NCBI GenBank assembly: GCA_039802605.1
Contig: JBDRWW010000006.1
Location: 44,020-108,019 of the forward strand
Source: a candidate division WOR-3 bacterium
GTDB lineage: Bacteria; Hydrothermota; Hydrothermia; LBFQ01
Direction of reading: 5' to 3'
Length of the DNA stretch: 64,000 nucleotides
The number at the start of each line of letters is the position of its first letter. The stretch's first letter is position 1. A model generated the notes under the pieces. It ran no database searches. It had not been told where the DNA came from and saw only the letters and a program-made list of their open reading frames with translations. Position numbers and translations under genes: made by a program. Below, one piece after another: positions 55,585 through 64,000 of this stretch.

Positions 55585-57873
55585 TTGGAGGGCGTAAAAA
55601 GGTTATGGATTTTCCCATTTATATTAACTGTGGGGCTCCCTTTTGTTTCCCTTTTTGCCGCGGGTTTATTTTCCATTTTTTCTGGTAATATACCCCTTGG
55701 GATATTTTGGTTTTCGCTACTTTTAGGATATATAGCCATATATATACACATCCGCCTTGCAACACCAAAACATATAATAGATGTAATGAAATTCGCAAAG
55801 AATGGAATCCCATTGCCGCCTTCGGTAATAACATATTATTACGATGTAAATCGGGTTGTGGAAAAATTGAGGGAAGAGTTTGTGATAACACCCTTTCAAG
55901 TTGCCAAAAAAATTGATGAGATTTATATTACACTTTCCAAAACCATAAACGAGACAACGGATATTTTGCAAAACATAAACATCCAGATAAACCAAATATC
56001 TTCATCCGTGGACGAAATTTCGAGGGTATTTGAAGAGATAGTCTCCAAAAACTTAACACAACTTTCGGAATCGGCGGATTATAATCAAAAAAATGTGGAA
56101 ACGGGTTTAAAGGACTTGGAGGATAACTTAAAGGTTTTTTATACCGTTGATCAATCTTTTGAGGATTTCACAAAAAGCCTTGAAAATATTAAAAGAAGCC
56201 TCACAAAACTTTCCGAAAATTCTCAAAATCTAGAAGATATAGGGAAAATGATAACCGTTTTGGCATACGAGGTTTCCTTGGGAGCTGCCAAGTATAAAGA
56301 TTTGCCGGGTATAGGAAAACTTTCCCAAGAGATAAGAAACCTTTCCATAAGTTCCAGGGAGGATATTCGGAAAACGCATGAAATTTTGGACAGAATGGGC
56401 ATTACGATAGATTATAACATTAAAGAATCCGAAAGCATTAGGGAAAGTTTAAAGGGTATATCCAATAGGGTCAAGGGTATTAACGAAAACTTCCTTAATA
56501 TTCGCGATTCGGTAAGGATACTCGTTGATAAGTCGGAGACGATAATAAGAACGATAGAAGAAGCCTCCGCATCCATCACCGAGATAAGTGTGGCCTTATA
56601 TGAAATGAATACCGCGGTTCAGGAATTATACTCGGATATGAACTACTTCCAAAAAACATTTGCCGACCTTGAAAAGGAGATTAAAGAAATACTGTTAATT
56701 TATTCGGAACAAAAAAGGAGTCCCAAGGTTGAAAGGATTAGGATCTTATCTTATGCGGTTTTGAGAACTTCATATCCTTTGATATTATTACTGGGAGCCT
56801 TTTATTTCTGGAACCTTGGAAACATTGCGGCATCTTTTATTTTGGGTGCTGGGGGTCTTATGGATCTATTCGCTTTAATCTTAATAAGGCTATCCGCCGC
56901 CGACTTTATAGTTAAATCCATCCGAGGAAATGGAACTTTAACCAATATCATAAATCTGTATGTACCCTTTAATAAGGTTGTTGAGTTTGCCAGAGAAGAA
57001 TTTATTAATAAGCCAAGGGAAATTGCCGAATCGGTATCCTTGGCTTTGGTGTCTTTGCGCGGAAAGTTGGGGGAAATATCCGTTTCTTTGAGACAAATTA
57101 TCGCGCAAATATCCCAAATATCCGCATCAACTTCCGAAATATCGGGTGCCTTTAACGAGGTTTTATTACCAAGTATTGAAGATTTAAAAAGCTCTTCAAA
57201 AATTTCATATGCCAACGCCTTAAAGGGTTTTGAATTCGTAAGTAATAACATAGTGGATTTTGAAAAAACACTGCAATCTATAAGCTCTTTGATGGAAAGT
57301 TTAAAGGGTATTACGGGTTTTGCCCGAGACCTAAACACCATATCATCGGAGATGTTGAAAATAATTGAAAAAATAAAGATACTCTCAATAAACGCCACGG
57401 TGGAGACTTTTAGGCTTAGGGAGGAAACATCATTTGAGGTTATATCCCGCGAGATTAGAGCACTTTCGGAAAAAAGCGGCATCATAATGAGATCCTTGGG
57501 TGATGGTATGGAAATCTTACGAAAAAACATAGAAAATATAGTAAAAGAAAGCGTAGAATGGATGGAGATTTTAAGAAAATCGTCGGAAAATGCCCAAAAA
57601 ATAAAGAGAATTTTTGAAGACATAAAGTTTGGAATAGAATCCTCCGATAGACTAATAGATGACATTTCGCAAGCCATATACGAATCTTCGTCCTCCATTA
57701 ATGAAATAGCAGCGGTATTAAGCGAACTTGACAAAATCGCACAAAAGATAAGCTATACTACCTTAGAAATAAACGATAACTTGCAAATAATTTCCGAAAA
57801 CCTACGCGAACTTGTACCTTCCGGAAAGGAAGAAATGAAAGAAGAGCTTAGTATTCTGAGGGTTGCGGAATGA
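55585..57873 (+). CDS. internally duplicated membrane protein with two degenerate MCP-signalling-like coiled-coil domains
   Basis: 762 aa, TTG start. It has two units of [TM hairpin + ...VVE..REEF... + long heptad-rich region]. The hairpin-tip-like segments are VLAYEVSLGAAKYKDLPGIGKLSQEIRNLS and ILSINATVETFRLREETSFEVISREIRALSEKS (compare the MCP consensus LALNAAIEAARAGE.GRGFAVVA.EVR.LAE.S). Confidence 0.65.
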   Translation: MEGVKRLWIFPFILTVGLPFVSLFAAGLFSIFSGNIPLGIFWFSLLLGYIAIYIHIRLATPKHIIDVMKFAKNGIPLPPSVITYYYDVNRVVEKLREEFVITPFQVAKKIDEIYITLSKTINETTDILQNINIQINQISSSVDEISRVFEEIVSKNLTQLSESADYNQKNVETGLKDLEDNLKVFYTVDQSFEDFTKSLENIKRSLTKLSENSQNLEDIGKMITVLAYEVSLGAAKYKDLPGIGKLSQEIRNLSISSREDIRKTHEILDRMGITIDYNIKESESIRESLKGISNRVKGINENFLNIRDSVRILVDKSETIIRTIEEASASITEISVALYEMNTAVQELYSDMNYFQKTFADLEKEIKEILLIYSEQKRSPKVERIRILSYAVLRTSYPLILLLGAFYFWNLGNIAASFILGAGGLMDLFALILIRLSAADFIVKSIRGNGTLTNIINLYVPFNKVVEFAREEFINKPREIAESVSLALVSLRGKLGEISVSLRQIIAQISQISASTSEISGAFNEVLLPSIEDLKSSSKISYANALKGFEFVSNNIVDFEKTLQSISSLMESLKGITGFARDLNTISSEMLKIIEKIKILSINATVETFRLREETSFEVISREIRALSEKSGIIMRSLGDGMEILRKNIENIVKESVEWMEILRKSSENAQKIKRIFEDIKFGIESSDRLIDDISQAIYESSSSINEIAAVLSELDKIAQKISYTTLEINDNLQIISENLRELVPSGKEEMKEELSILRVAE

Positions 57874-58058
57874 AAGGTAAAAAGTTTGAACTTTTAAAGG
57901 ATTTATTGGATGACCTTATAATACTTTCTATCAACGCGGAAATGCAGGATTACGAACCTATGAGGGTTCTTGCGGGTGATATTAGGGAAATAGCGGAGAG
58001 GATGAAAACCATAATTTTGGAATTGGAGGAGAACTATGACAAGGGTGATGATAATTGA
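57870..58058 (+). CDS. 62-aa protein resembling an isolated MCP hairpin tip
   Basis: MKGKKFELLKDLLDDLIILSINAEMQDYEPMRVLAGDIREIAERMKTIILELEENYDKGDDN. The ATGA overlaps the upstream stop, and there is a 23-nt overlap with cheY. Confidence 0.5.
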   Translation: MKGKKFELLKDLLDDLIILSINAEMQDYEPMRVLAGDIREIAERMKTIILELEENYDKGDDN

Positions 58059-58398
58059 TGATGCAAAGTTTATGAGGACGCTTATAAAAAAGGCCTTGGA
58101 GGATGCGGGTTTTGAGGTTGTGGGGGAGGCGGATAACGGGGAAAAGGCAATAGAGGTTTTTAAAGAAGTCAATCCGGATATAGTTACCCTTGATGTGGTT
58201 ATGCCGGATAAGAGCGGAATAGAGGTTTTAAAAGAAATTCTCAAAATAAAACCGGATGTGAAGGTTATAATAGTTTCGGCTATGGGGCAAACGGATATGA
58301 TAACCGAGGCTTTGAATTTGGGGGCAAAGGATTATGTCGTAAAACCTTTCCAACCCCATACGCTTGTAGAGGTCATAAAAAGGGTTGCACAGTCATGA
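58036..58398 (+). CDS. cheY: CheY-like single-domain response regulator
   Basis: 120 aa with the acidic pocket IIDDA, the phospho-acceptor LDVVMPD, VSAMG and VVKPF. Confidence 0.9.
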   Translation: MTRVMIIDDAKFMRTLIKKALEDAGFEVVGEADNGEKAIEVFKEVNPDIVTLDVVMPDKSGIEVLKEILKIKPDVKVIIVSAMGQTDMITEALNLGAKDYVVKPFQPHTLVEVIKRVAQS

Positions 58399-58967
58399 TT
58401 ATATCGGATGATCAATTGGATGCAATAAGGGAAACCATTAACATATCGGCGGGGCAGAGCGCGACGGCCTTGTCCGAATTATTGGGATGTAGGGTTAATA
58501 TGGAAGTTCCGGAGATAAGGTTTGTGGAAATTAACAAACTCGGCGAAGTTTTGTCGGAGGAAACGAAAAGCTTTTTATCGTTTTTCAGCAACTTTGAGAA
58601 GAATTTTAGCGGGAATATAGTGGTGGCATACGAGGAGAATCAAAAGGAAAAACTCGTAAGCATTGTGATAAATAGGTATGGCATTTCCGTGGATGAGGAA
58701 AACATCCTTGAAGAGGTATCAAACATAGTTTTCGGAGCCTTTGTTGGGGGGCTTTCCAATTTCATAGGGTTAAACATAACATTTTCACCCCCGAAAAAAG
58801 TGAAGGTTTTGGAGGAGTTGGGAAATATATCCGATTCCGTAATCATCCTCGGAGAGGTTTTACTTTTACCCGAGGTAAATGGGAAGATTAAGGCCAAAAT
58901 CCTCATAATACCCACGAGGGAATCCGTTTCACTACTCTTGGATAAATTAAGGGGTTTGCTGGGATGA
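58395..58967 (+). CDS. cheC: CheC/CheX/FliY family CheY-P phosphatase
   Basis: 190 aa. It has an exact D-x3-E-x2-N-x22-P motif at residues 9-39 (DAIRETIN...MEVP). A second near-copy, N-x3-E-x2-N-x22-P (NILEEVSN...FSPP), is also present. Confidence 0.8.
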   Translation: MIISDDQLDAIRETINISAGQSATALSELLGCRVNMEVPEIRFVEINKLGEVLSEETKSFLSFFSNFEKNFSGNIVVAYEENQKEKLVSIVINRYGISVDEENILEEVSNIVFGAFVGGLSNFIGLNITFSPPKKVKVLEELGNISDSVIILGEVLLLPEVNGKIKAKILIIPTRESVSLLLDKLRGLLG

Positions 58968-61156
58968 AGGAATTGTTGAAACTTAAAGAGATTTTGCCCA
59001 AAGATCCGGAAACTTTAAACAATTTGGGTGTGGTATATTACCACCACGGATTGTATAAAGAAGCATTAAAATTGTTTAAAATGGCTTGGTATTACAGCGG
59101 TTATAAACTCAATATTGCAAAGAATAATCTGGAAACTCTGGCAAGGCGTTTGAATATAAACCCGGCGGATATTACCATAGACGAGAAAAAAGATGTAAAT
59201 GACTTGAAGACCATAGAAACACTGATATTCATGGGTCAAGAGGAAAAGGCGGAAATACTGTTAAAGGAGTACATTGAAAGCAACCCCAACATGTTGGATG
59301 CTTTGCGCATGGCCGCGGCTTTATCAAAGAACCTTGGGAAATACGAGGATACGGTTGAATACACGAAAAAAATATTATCCATACGCCCGGACGATGTTGA
59401 TGCGAAAAAGCTTTTAGCGGAAGCCCTGTACAACCTTGGAAAACTTGAAGAGTCTTTGAGTATATTGAAGAATATTGTTAAAGAGCACGAGGATGCGGAA
59501 GCCTATTTCTTGATGTCTTTCGTATATGGTGAAATGGGGGATTACGAAAATGCCGAACTTGCCATGCTTAAGGCCCAGGAGATAAACCCATCTCTATCCG
59601 GAGGGGAGAACATACTAAGCCTATACACCAATACCCCTAAGGCTCCAAAACAGGTAAAACAGGGTACGGAAAGCGGGATAGTGTTGGCAAAGGCTTATTT
59701 GAATAAGGGTTTAATAGAGGAGGCTTCAAGGGAATTGCGAAGGGTAAAGATCGGCACCTTAACATTAAAAGCCCGCAAGGATTACGATTTTATCAAGAGC
59801 GTTTTGGCAATAATAAAGGGGGAGTACGAAGAGGCTTTACAGATCTGCGAGTCCTATAAGGCTTCTATAAGGAGAGAGCCCGATATGTTAAAATTGGGTG
59901 CCGTAGCAAATTTTCAACTGGGAAATATAAGCGAAGCGGTTGATTTATTGCGGGAAGCGAATAACGGAAAGGTTGATGAGTTTATGTGGCTAATATATCA
60001 ATTAAAGAGGAAAGCCGTTGAGATTCCCGAACCCGATAAAAATTTTGCCCATATATACAACTCCGCCGTTTTTATGTTAAACGAGGGGAGATTTGATGAG
60101 GTTTTACGGGTTTTGAACGATAATCGCCCTTATTCCAAGATTTTGAGGGCTAGGGCATATGTGGGGAAGGGTGAATACGAAAGGGGTTTAAAGGAAATAG
60201 AAGGGGTACAAAACTTTGATGCCGATATAATAAGGGCCTTTGTACTGTTTAAACTACAACGATACGATGAGGTTATGAACTTATCCAACACCTTAAAACC
60301 CACATCTAAGGAGTTAAAGTCGGAAACCTTCCTAGTGAATATCCCAAATCTGAGTTATCCCCTACCCATACTCGTGGAATTCCCATACGAGAGGTTTTAC
60401 GGGTCATCTTTGTACGGGATAAAAAAGGCGTTTTCTTATGGTAATATTAAAGCGGTTTTAAAGGTTATTGACCTCAGTATGAGGTTTGGAAAAACGCCCG
60501 AGCACATTAAGTATTTATCCATTGTATCCTTCCTTATCGGTAAAATATCGCTTGCGGAATACCTTTTGGGAAATTTAAAGGGTAAGGGCATTATAGACCT
60601 TGAATCCTTGGAGATCCTCGGTATAATTGAGGAATGGAAGGGCAACGGTAGGGTGGCTTTATCAATATTCGGAGAACTATTAAAAAAGGGCAAGAAAGAA
60701 GCGGCTATGCATATCTTACGGATATTGGTAAAGATGAACCTATACGAAATGGCTTATAACTTTTACAATAAAAACAAATTTCCCGAACATCCGGAAATAA
60801 TGTTTTGGCTTGGTGAGGTTATGTTGGGGTTGGGAAACCTCTCCGAGGCGGAAAGAATAGGCAAAGAATTGATAAAAATGGGAGATGAAAGGGGATATCT
60901 TCTTTTAGGGGAATCTTTGTTTAAAAAGGAGGATTATCATGGGGCGTTGGAAAACTTGATTAAGGTAAAGGGAGGTTATGCCGAGCAGAAAGCCCATTTC
61001 TTGGTGGGTAATATCTATGCTTTGATGGGAAACAACGAGGAGGCGATAAAACATTGGGAAAAGGCCGTTAAATTAAATTACGATAAAAGCATATCATCGC
61101 GCGCGAGTAGAAACCTACAAGGTTTGAAAAACTTCTTCCTAAACCTGAAAAAATGA
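58964..61156 (+). CDS. large TPR-repeat protein
   Basis: 730 aa with many 34-residue TPR-like units (e.g. LNNLGVVYYHHGLYKEALKLFKMA, AEALYNLGKLEESLSILKNI, VGNIYALMGNNEEAIKHWEKAVKLN). Confidence 0.8.
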   Translation: MKELLKLKEILPKDPETLNNLGVVYYHHGLYKEALKLFKMAWYYSGYKLNIAKNNLETLARRLNINPADITIDEKKDVNDLKTIETLIFMGQEEKAEILLKEYIESNPNMLDALRMAAALSKNLGKYEDTVEYTKKILSIRPDDVDAKKLLAEALYNLGKLEESLSILKNIVKEHEDAEAYFLMSFVYGEMGDYENAELAMLKAQEINPSLSGGENILSLYTNTPKAPKQVKQGTESGIVLAKAYLNKGLIEEASRELRRVKIGTLTLKARKDYDFIKSVLAIIKGEYEEALQICESYKASIRREPDMLKLGAVANFQLGNISEAVDLLREANNGKVDEFMWLIYQLKRKAVEIPEPDKNFAHIYNSAVFMLNEGRFDEVLRVLNDNRPYSKILRARAYVGKGEYERGLKEIEGVQNFDADIIRAFVLFKLQRYDEVMNLSNTLKPTSKELKSETFLVNIPNLSYPLPILVEFPYERFYGSSLYGIKKAFSYGNIKAVLKVIDLSMRFGKTPEHIKYLSIVSFLIGKISLAEYLLGNLKGKGIIDLESLEILGIIEEWKGNGRVALSIFGELLKKGKKEAAMHILRILVKMNLYEMAYNFYNKNKFPEHPEIMFWLGEVMLGLGNLSEAERIGKELIKMGDERGYLLLGESLFKKEDYHGALENLIKVKGGYAEQKAHFLVGNIYALMGNNEEAIKHWEKAVKLNYDKSISSRASRNLQGLKNFFLNLKK

Positions 61157-62166
61157 GGGGAAGTATAAGTGCAACCTCAATCCTTGAAGTTTTACAGATG
61201 TTGTCCCTGAGCGGCCGGGAAGGAGTTTTGCATATTAGGAGAAAGGAAGATATTTTAAGCGTAAATGAGGGGGCAAGGATATACATAAAAAACGGGAAGG
61301 TGTGCTTTATATCCATTGAAGGGGCAAAAACCCTCATAGATGCTGCAAAACAAAGGTTGGGTGCGGATTTGAATGTAAAGGAAGAGGAGCAAGTTTTAAA
61401 AATGATATACGATGAAAGAATTTCGGATATAGTTGAAGATATTATAAGGGATAGGCTTTTAATTGTGGCAACATGGAAGGATGGGGAATACGAGTTCGTT
61501 GATGAAACCGTTGACCTTCCCGAAATTTATCCCATATCATCCCTAATTATTTCCGTTGTTAGCTCATTGGACGAAACCGCCGAGGTTATTGATATTTCCC
61601 CATTTGCAATACCCGTAATAGAGCCCAAGGGTAGGGTGGAAGAAAAGCTATCATCCGAAGAATGGAAGGTATTATGTTGGATAAATGGGGAAAGGAATGT
61701 CCTTGAAATTTCGGAATTGTCTTCTTTAAGTTTCTCAAAAACGGTTTTGGGTATAAGGGGTCTGTTGGACAAAGGGATTATAACTTTAAAAGAGCCTATA
61801 AACATTCCGGACAAAGAATCCCTAAAAAAGGAGGTATTGGACCTTTACAGGAGCGGCAGATATTCCGAGGTTATTCAAAAAATAGATAGGTTAATATCCG
61901 TCATGCCCGAGGATAGGGATTTGATACTGATAAAAGCGGAAAGTTTGTATAAAATTGAAAGGTATGAGGAAGTTGTTAGGGTATTATCGCAACTTTTGGA
62001 AAGGGAAAACGACCCCAATTTAAAGAGGTTTTTCGGGTATGCGTTGGTTGGGGCGGGGAGGTTCAAGGAAGCCCTAAGGGTTTTGGAAAGCGTAGGCGAG
62101 GGGGTTTTAAGTGAAATGCTTAGGATGTTGATAAGCGCTTTGAAGGAAAGGGAGGGGTTGATATGA
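61153..62166 (+). CDS. DUF4388 (PATAN-like) domain protein with C-terminal TPR repeats
   Basis: 337 aa. The N-terminus GSISATSILEVLQMLSLSGREGVLHI...IYIKNGKVCFI matches the DUF4388 signature G.L....L.D.LQ.L....TG.L. The C-terminus has TPR-like helices. Confidence 0.7.
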   Translation: MRGSISATSILEVLQMLSLSGREGVLHIRRKEDILSVNEGARIYIKNGKVCFISIEGAKTLIDAAKQRLGADLNVKEEEQVLKMIYDERISDIVEDIIRDRLLIVATWKDGEYEFVDETVDLPEIYPISSLIISVVSSLDETAEVIDISPFAIPVIEPKGRVEEKLSSEEWKVLCWINGERNVLEISELSSLSFSKTVLGIRGLLDKGIITLKEPINIPDKESLKKEVLDLYRSGRYSEVIQKIDRLISVMPEDRDLILIKAESLYKIERYEEVVRVLSQLLERENDPNLKRFFGYALVGAGRFKEALRVLESVGEGVLSEMLRMLISALKEREGLI

Positions 62167-63056
62167 GGGCTTTGGTATTAAGTGGAGGATCTACGAGGGG
62201 TGCCTTGCAGGTTGGGGCGTTAAGGGCGTTGGTTGAAAGGGGTTTTGAATTCGACCTAATAATTGGGGTTTCAATAGGCTCCTTAAACGGCGTTTTCTTC
62301 GCGCATAATCCCGGTATGGAAACGGTTAAAAAACTTGAAAATATATGGCTATCCGTAAAAAAGAAAGATATATTTCCCGAAGGTAGGGTGAAGGCCTTGA
62401 TAAGGGTTATAAGTAATAAGAAGAGTTTGTTTTCAAACGACGCCCTTTACAAATTCGTTTTAAAGAACACACCCGTTATGACATTTGCGGAGTTGAAGGT
62501 GCGAACCCTTATACCCGCGGTTGATATAAAAACGAAGGATGTGTATGTTTTTGGGAAGGACCCTTACGATTCGGTTCCCGATGCCTTAATGGCCTCCTCC
62601 GCTTTACCCCCCTATTTCCCCCCTTGGAAGTATAAGGGAATGATGCTAATAGACGGGGGGTTTTACAGTAACCTTCCGTATGATATTGCCATAAACGAAG
62701 GGGCTAAGGAAATAGTGGCCTTACATATTACGGGTGGCAGGTCATTTGACGACGAAATATACAATATATATGGAATTTTGGCAAAATCGGTGGGAATTTT
62801 ACTTGAAGCGAGGTTAAAGGAGCAGGTAGAGATAGCAAAAAAGAAAAGGGCTAAGGTTTTGTATATACCCCTTGAACCCCCCGTTGATGTATCGATTTTT
62901 GATTTTACAAAAACGAAATTGTTAATAGAAATGGGATACGAGCAAGCCGTTAAGGCTTTGGAAGAGAGGGAAAAAGATGGGTTTGCAAACAGGATGAAAG
63001 GTTTATTTAAAAAGATAACCGATTTGAAGGGTGTTCTTACTTCCAAAAAGTCCTAA
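62163..63056 (+). CDS. patatin-like phospholipase
   Basis: 297 aa with the oxyanion motif LSGGSTRG, the nucleophile elbow GVSIGSL (G-x-S-x-G), and the catalytic Asp in IDGG. Confidence 0.85.
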   Translation: MRALVLSGGSTRGALQVGALRALVERGFEFDLIIGVSIGSLNGVFFAHNPGMETVKKLENIWLSVKKKDIFPEGRVKALIRVISNKKSLFSNDALYKFVLKNTPVMTFAELKVRTLIPAVDIKTKDVYVFGKDPYDSVPDALMASSALPPYFPPWKYKGMMLIDGGFYSNLPYDIAINEGAKEIVALHITGGRSFDDEIYNIYGILAKSVGILLEARLKEQVEIAKKKRAKVLYIPLEPPVDVSIFDFTKTKLLIEMGYEQAVKALEEREKDGFANRMKGLFKKITDLKGVLTSKKS

Positions 63057-63797
63057 GAAAGTGTATGAGTAGTCAAAGGTTATACTTTTATACTCCAAAC
63101 CCCCAAAAAGGGATAGCCCGCTTAGAAAATCCAAACCATAACCGCCGTTCAACCACCTATACCTACTATCATACGCAAAACCCAAATTGAGTATGTTTAT
63201 ACCCAACTGCCCCCCGAGTTTAAAGGAAAAGCCCGAGGAGGAATATCCGTTTATTTCCAGAAAACCGTAAAACCTATCGTTGTATATCCTATCCCCTAAG
63301 GATAATCTAAAAGGCAAAACATCCCTTAAAACTCCTATTGGAAAAACCTCATATCCCAAATTATCGACAATAGCATAAACTTCGTTTTTAAACGCTTTTA
63401 ACTCCCAATACCTTGAAGCCAAGATGTAAATGTTTATTCCCAAACCCGTTTCATTTGGGGCCAAACCTATATAACCCAAACCCACACCCGAAACTATGCG
63501 GTATTGTTTAAAGTCAAAAATTTTACCCGCGGAAAACCTTACAAAGTTCGAAGAGAATTTACCTATCACTTCACCTTGATCGTTTGTTAAATCCATATTG
63601 CCGGATGAAAAAAACCTAAGATTCCCCCAAAAACCCTTGTATTCACCCCCTACCTCACCCCCAAACATACCCGCAACCCAGTTATAACCCGAAGAATACG
63701 CATACGAGGGCTTATAATATTCGGCCTTTAAAGAAAAAACCGAAAAATCGTTTAAGAATATGTCATAAGCAACGGCAAAGGATATTATAAGCGTCAT
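63003..63797 (-). CDS. putative outer-membrane beta-barrel protein, unknown family
   Basis: 264 aa with a short hydrophobic N-terminus MTLIISFAVA, a Gly/Tyr/Phe-rich alternating pattern, and a C-terminus ...LQIGYLFK. Confidence 0.5.
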   Translation of the reverse strand: MTLIISFAVAYDIFLNDFSVFSLKAEYYKPSYAYSSGYNWVAGMFGGEVGGEYKGFWGNLRFFSSGNMDLTNDQGEVIGKFSSNFVRFSAGKIFDFKQYRIVSGVGLGYIGLAPNETGLGINIYILASRYWELKAFKNEVYAIVDNLGYEVFPIGVLRDVLPFRLSLGDRIYNDRFYGFLEINGYSSSGFSFKLGGQLGINILNLGFAYDSRYRWLNGGYGLDFLSGLSLFGGLEYKSITFDYSYTFLGLFGSKNTLQIGYLFK

Positions 63798-64000
63798 TTT
63801 TCCAGATTGGCAAACAATTCATCAACCTTTTTCCTAAGTTCGGATACCTTTTCCGCCGCTTCCCCTTTGAGACCCCTGCCCTTTTCCTCTATTTCCCTTT
63901 CCAATTGGTCTTTGATCTCCCTAAGCCTTTTTAATGTATCTTTACCCCTTTTTGCGATCTTCCCCCTAACTTCTTTACCCGTGTAAGGTGTGGTTAGAAG
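63794..64000 (-). CDS. YtxH-like protein (C-terminal part, 5' end outside window)
   Basis: The frame is open from the window edge to the TGA at 63794-63796, overlapping the downstream ATG as ATGA. Translation: ...TPYTGKEVRGKIAKRGKDTLKRLREIKDQLEREIEEKGRGLKGEAAEKVSELRKKVDELFANLEK. The P.TGKE.R motif plus a charged helix is typical of YtxH/DUF948-like proteins. Confidence 0.5.
   Translation of the reverse strand, partial: LLTTPYTGKEVRGKIAKRGKDTLKRLREIKDQLEREIEEKGRGLKGEAAEKVSELRKKVDELFANLEK

Noticed and set aside
56802-57734. 310-aa minus-strand ORF inside the MCP-like gene
   Set aside because: It is antisense to a heptad-rich, AT-rich coding region, which naturally lacks stops on the opposite strand. 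Its translation is Ser/Phe/Ile low-complexity. The plus-strand gene fits the operon structure and the promoter.

Overview
This is a very gene-dense chromosomal segment from a diderm bacterium, with about 65 CDS and one tRNA. The largest non-coding gap is about 160 bp (16450-16608). I saw no rRNA, CRISPR array, transposase, integrase or prophage genes.

Main content:
- The core is the classical tRNA-Trp/rpmG/secE/nusG/rplKAJL/rpoBC transcription-translation block (18.5-30.8 kb). It is followed directly by a fragment of the spc ribosomal operon (rpsN-rpsH-rplF-rplR-rpsE-rpmD). That fragment runs straight into an orphan 2-oxoacid dehydrogenase E2 gene and mreBC.
- Flanking housekeeping genes: purM, archease, thiL, a DegT-type aminotransferase, murQ, rsmD, miaB, hisS, pgeF, holB, lnt, gltA, cdd, ddl and htrA.
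- Envelope genes: two compact TonB-dependent-receptor-like barrels, an O-antigen-ligase-like protein, a GT4 glycosyltransferase, a BNR/sialidase-like protein with a T9SS-like C-terminal tail, and a 932-aa HExxH-peptidase/PD40-propeller/Omp85-barrel fusion.
- A methionine-synthesis-like trio: an MTHFR-like gene plus two half-size MetE paralogs.

The most unusual locus is a translationally coupled seven-gene operon at 55.5-63.1 kb. It encodes an internally duplicated (single-chain, two-hairpin) MCP-like membrane protein, a 62-aa protein resembling only an MCP hairpin tip, CheY, a CheC-type phosphatase, a large TPR protein, a DUF4388/PATAN-like TPR protein and a patatin lipase. No CheA, CheW, CheR or CheB lies in the window.

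Window-wide peculiarities:
- About a dozen operon-first genes have a TAnAAT -10 box 7-11 nt upstream of the start codon and no Shine-Dalgarno. This suggests leaderless mRNAs.
- Five convergent gene pairs overlap at their 3' ends.
- NusG and the RpoB N-terminus carry lineage-specific insertions.

Protein composition is Lys/Glu/Ile-rich with AGG/AGA arginine codons, and NusG carries an inserted domain. This hints at a thermophilic, deep-branching or FCB-like uncultivated lineage, but taxonomy cannot be assigned from the sequence alone. All functional calls rest on motif recognition by eye; no database search was possible.
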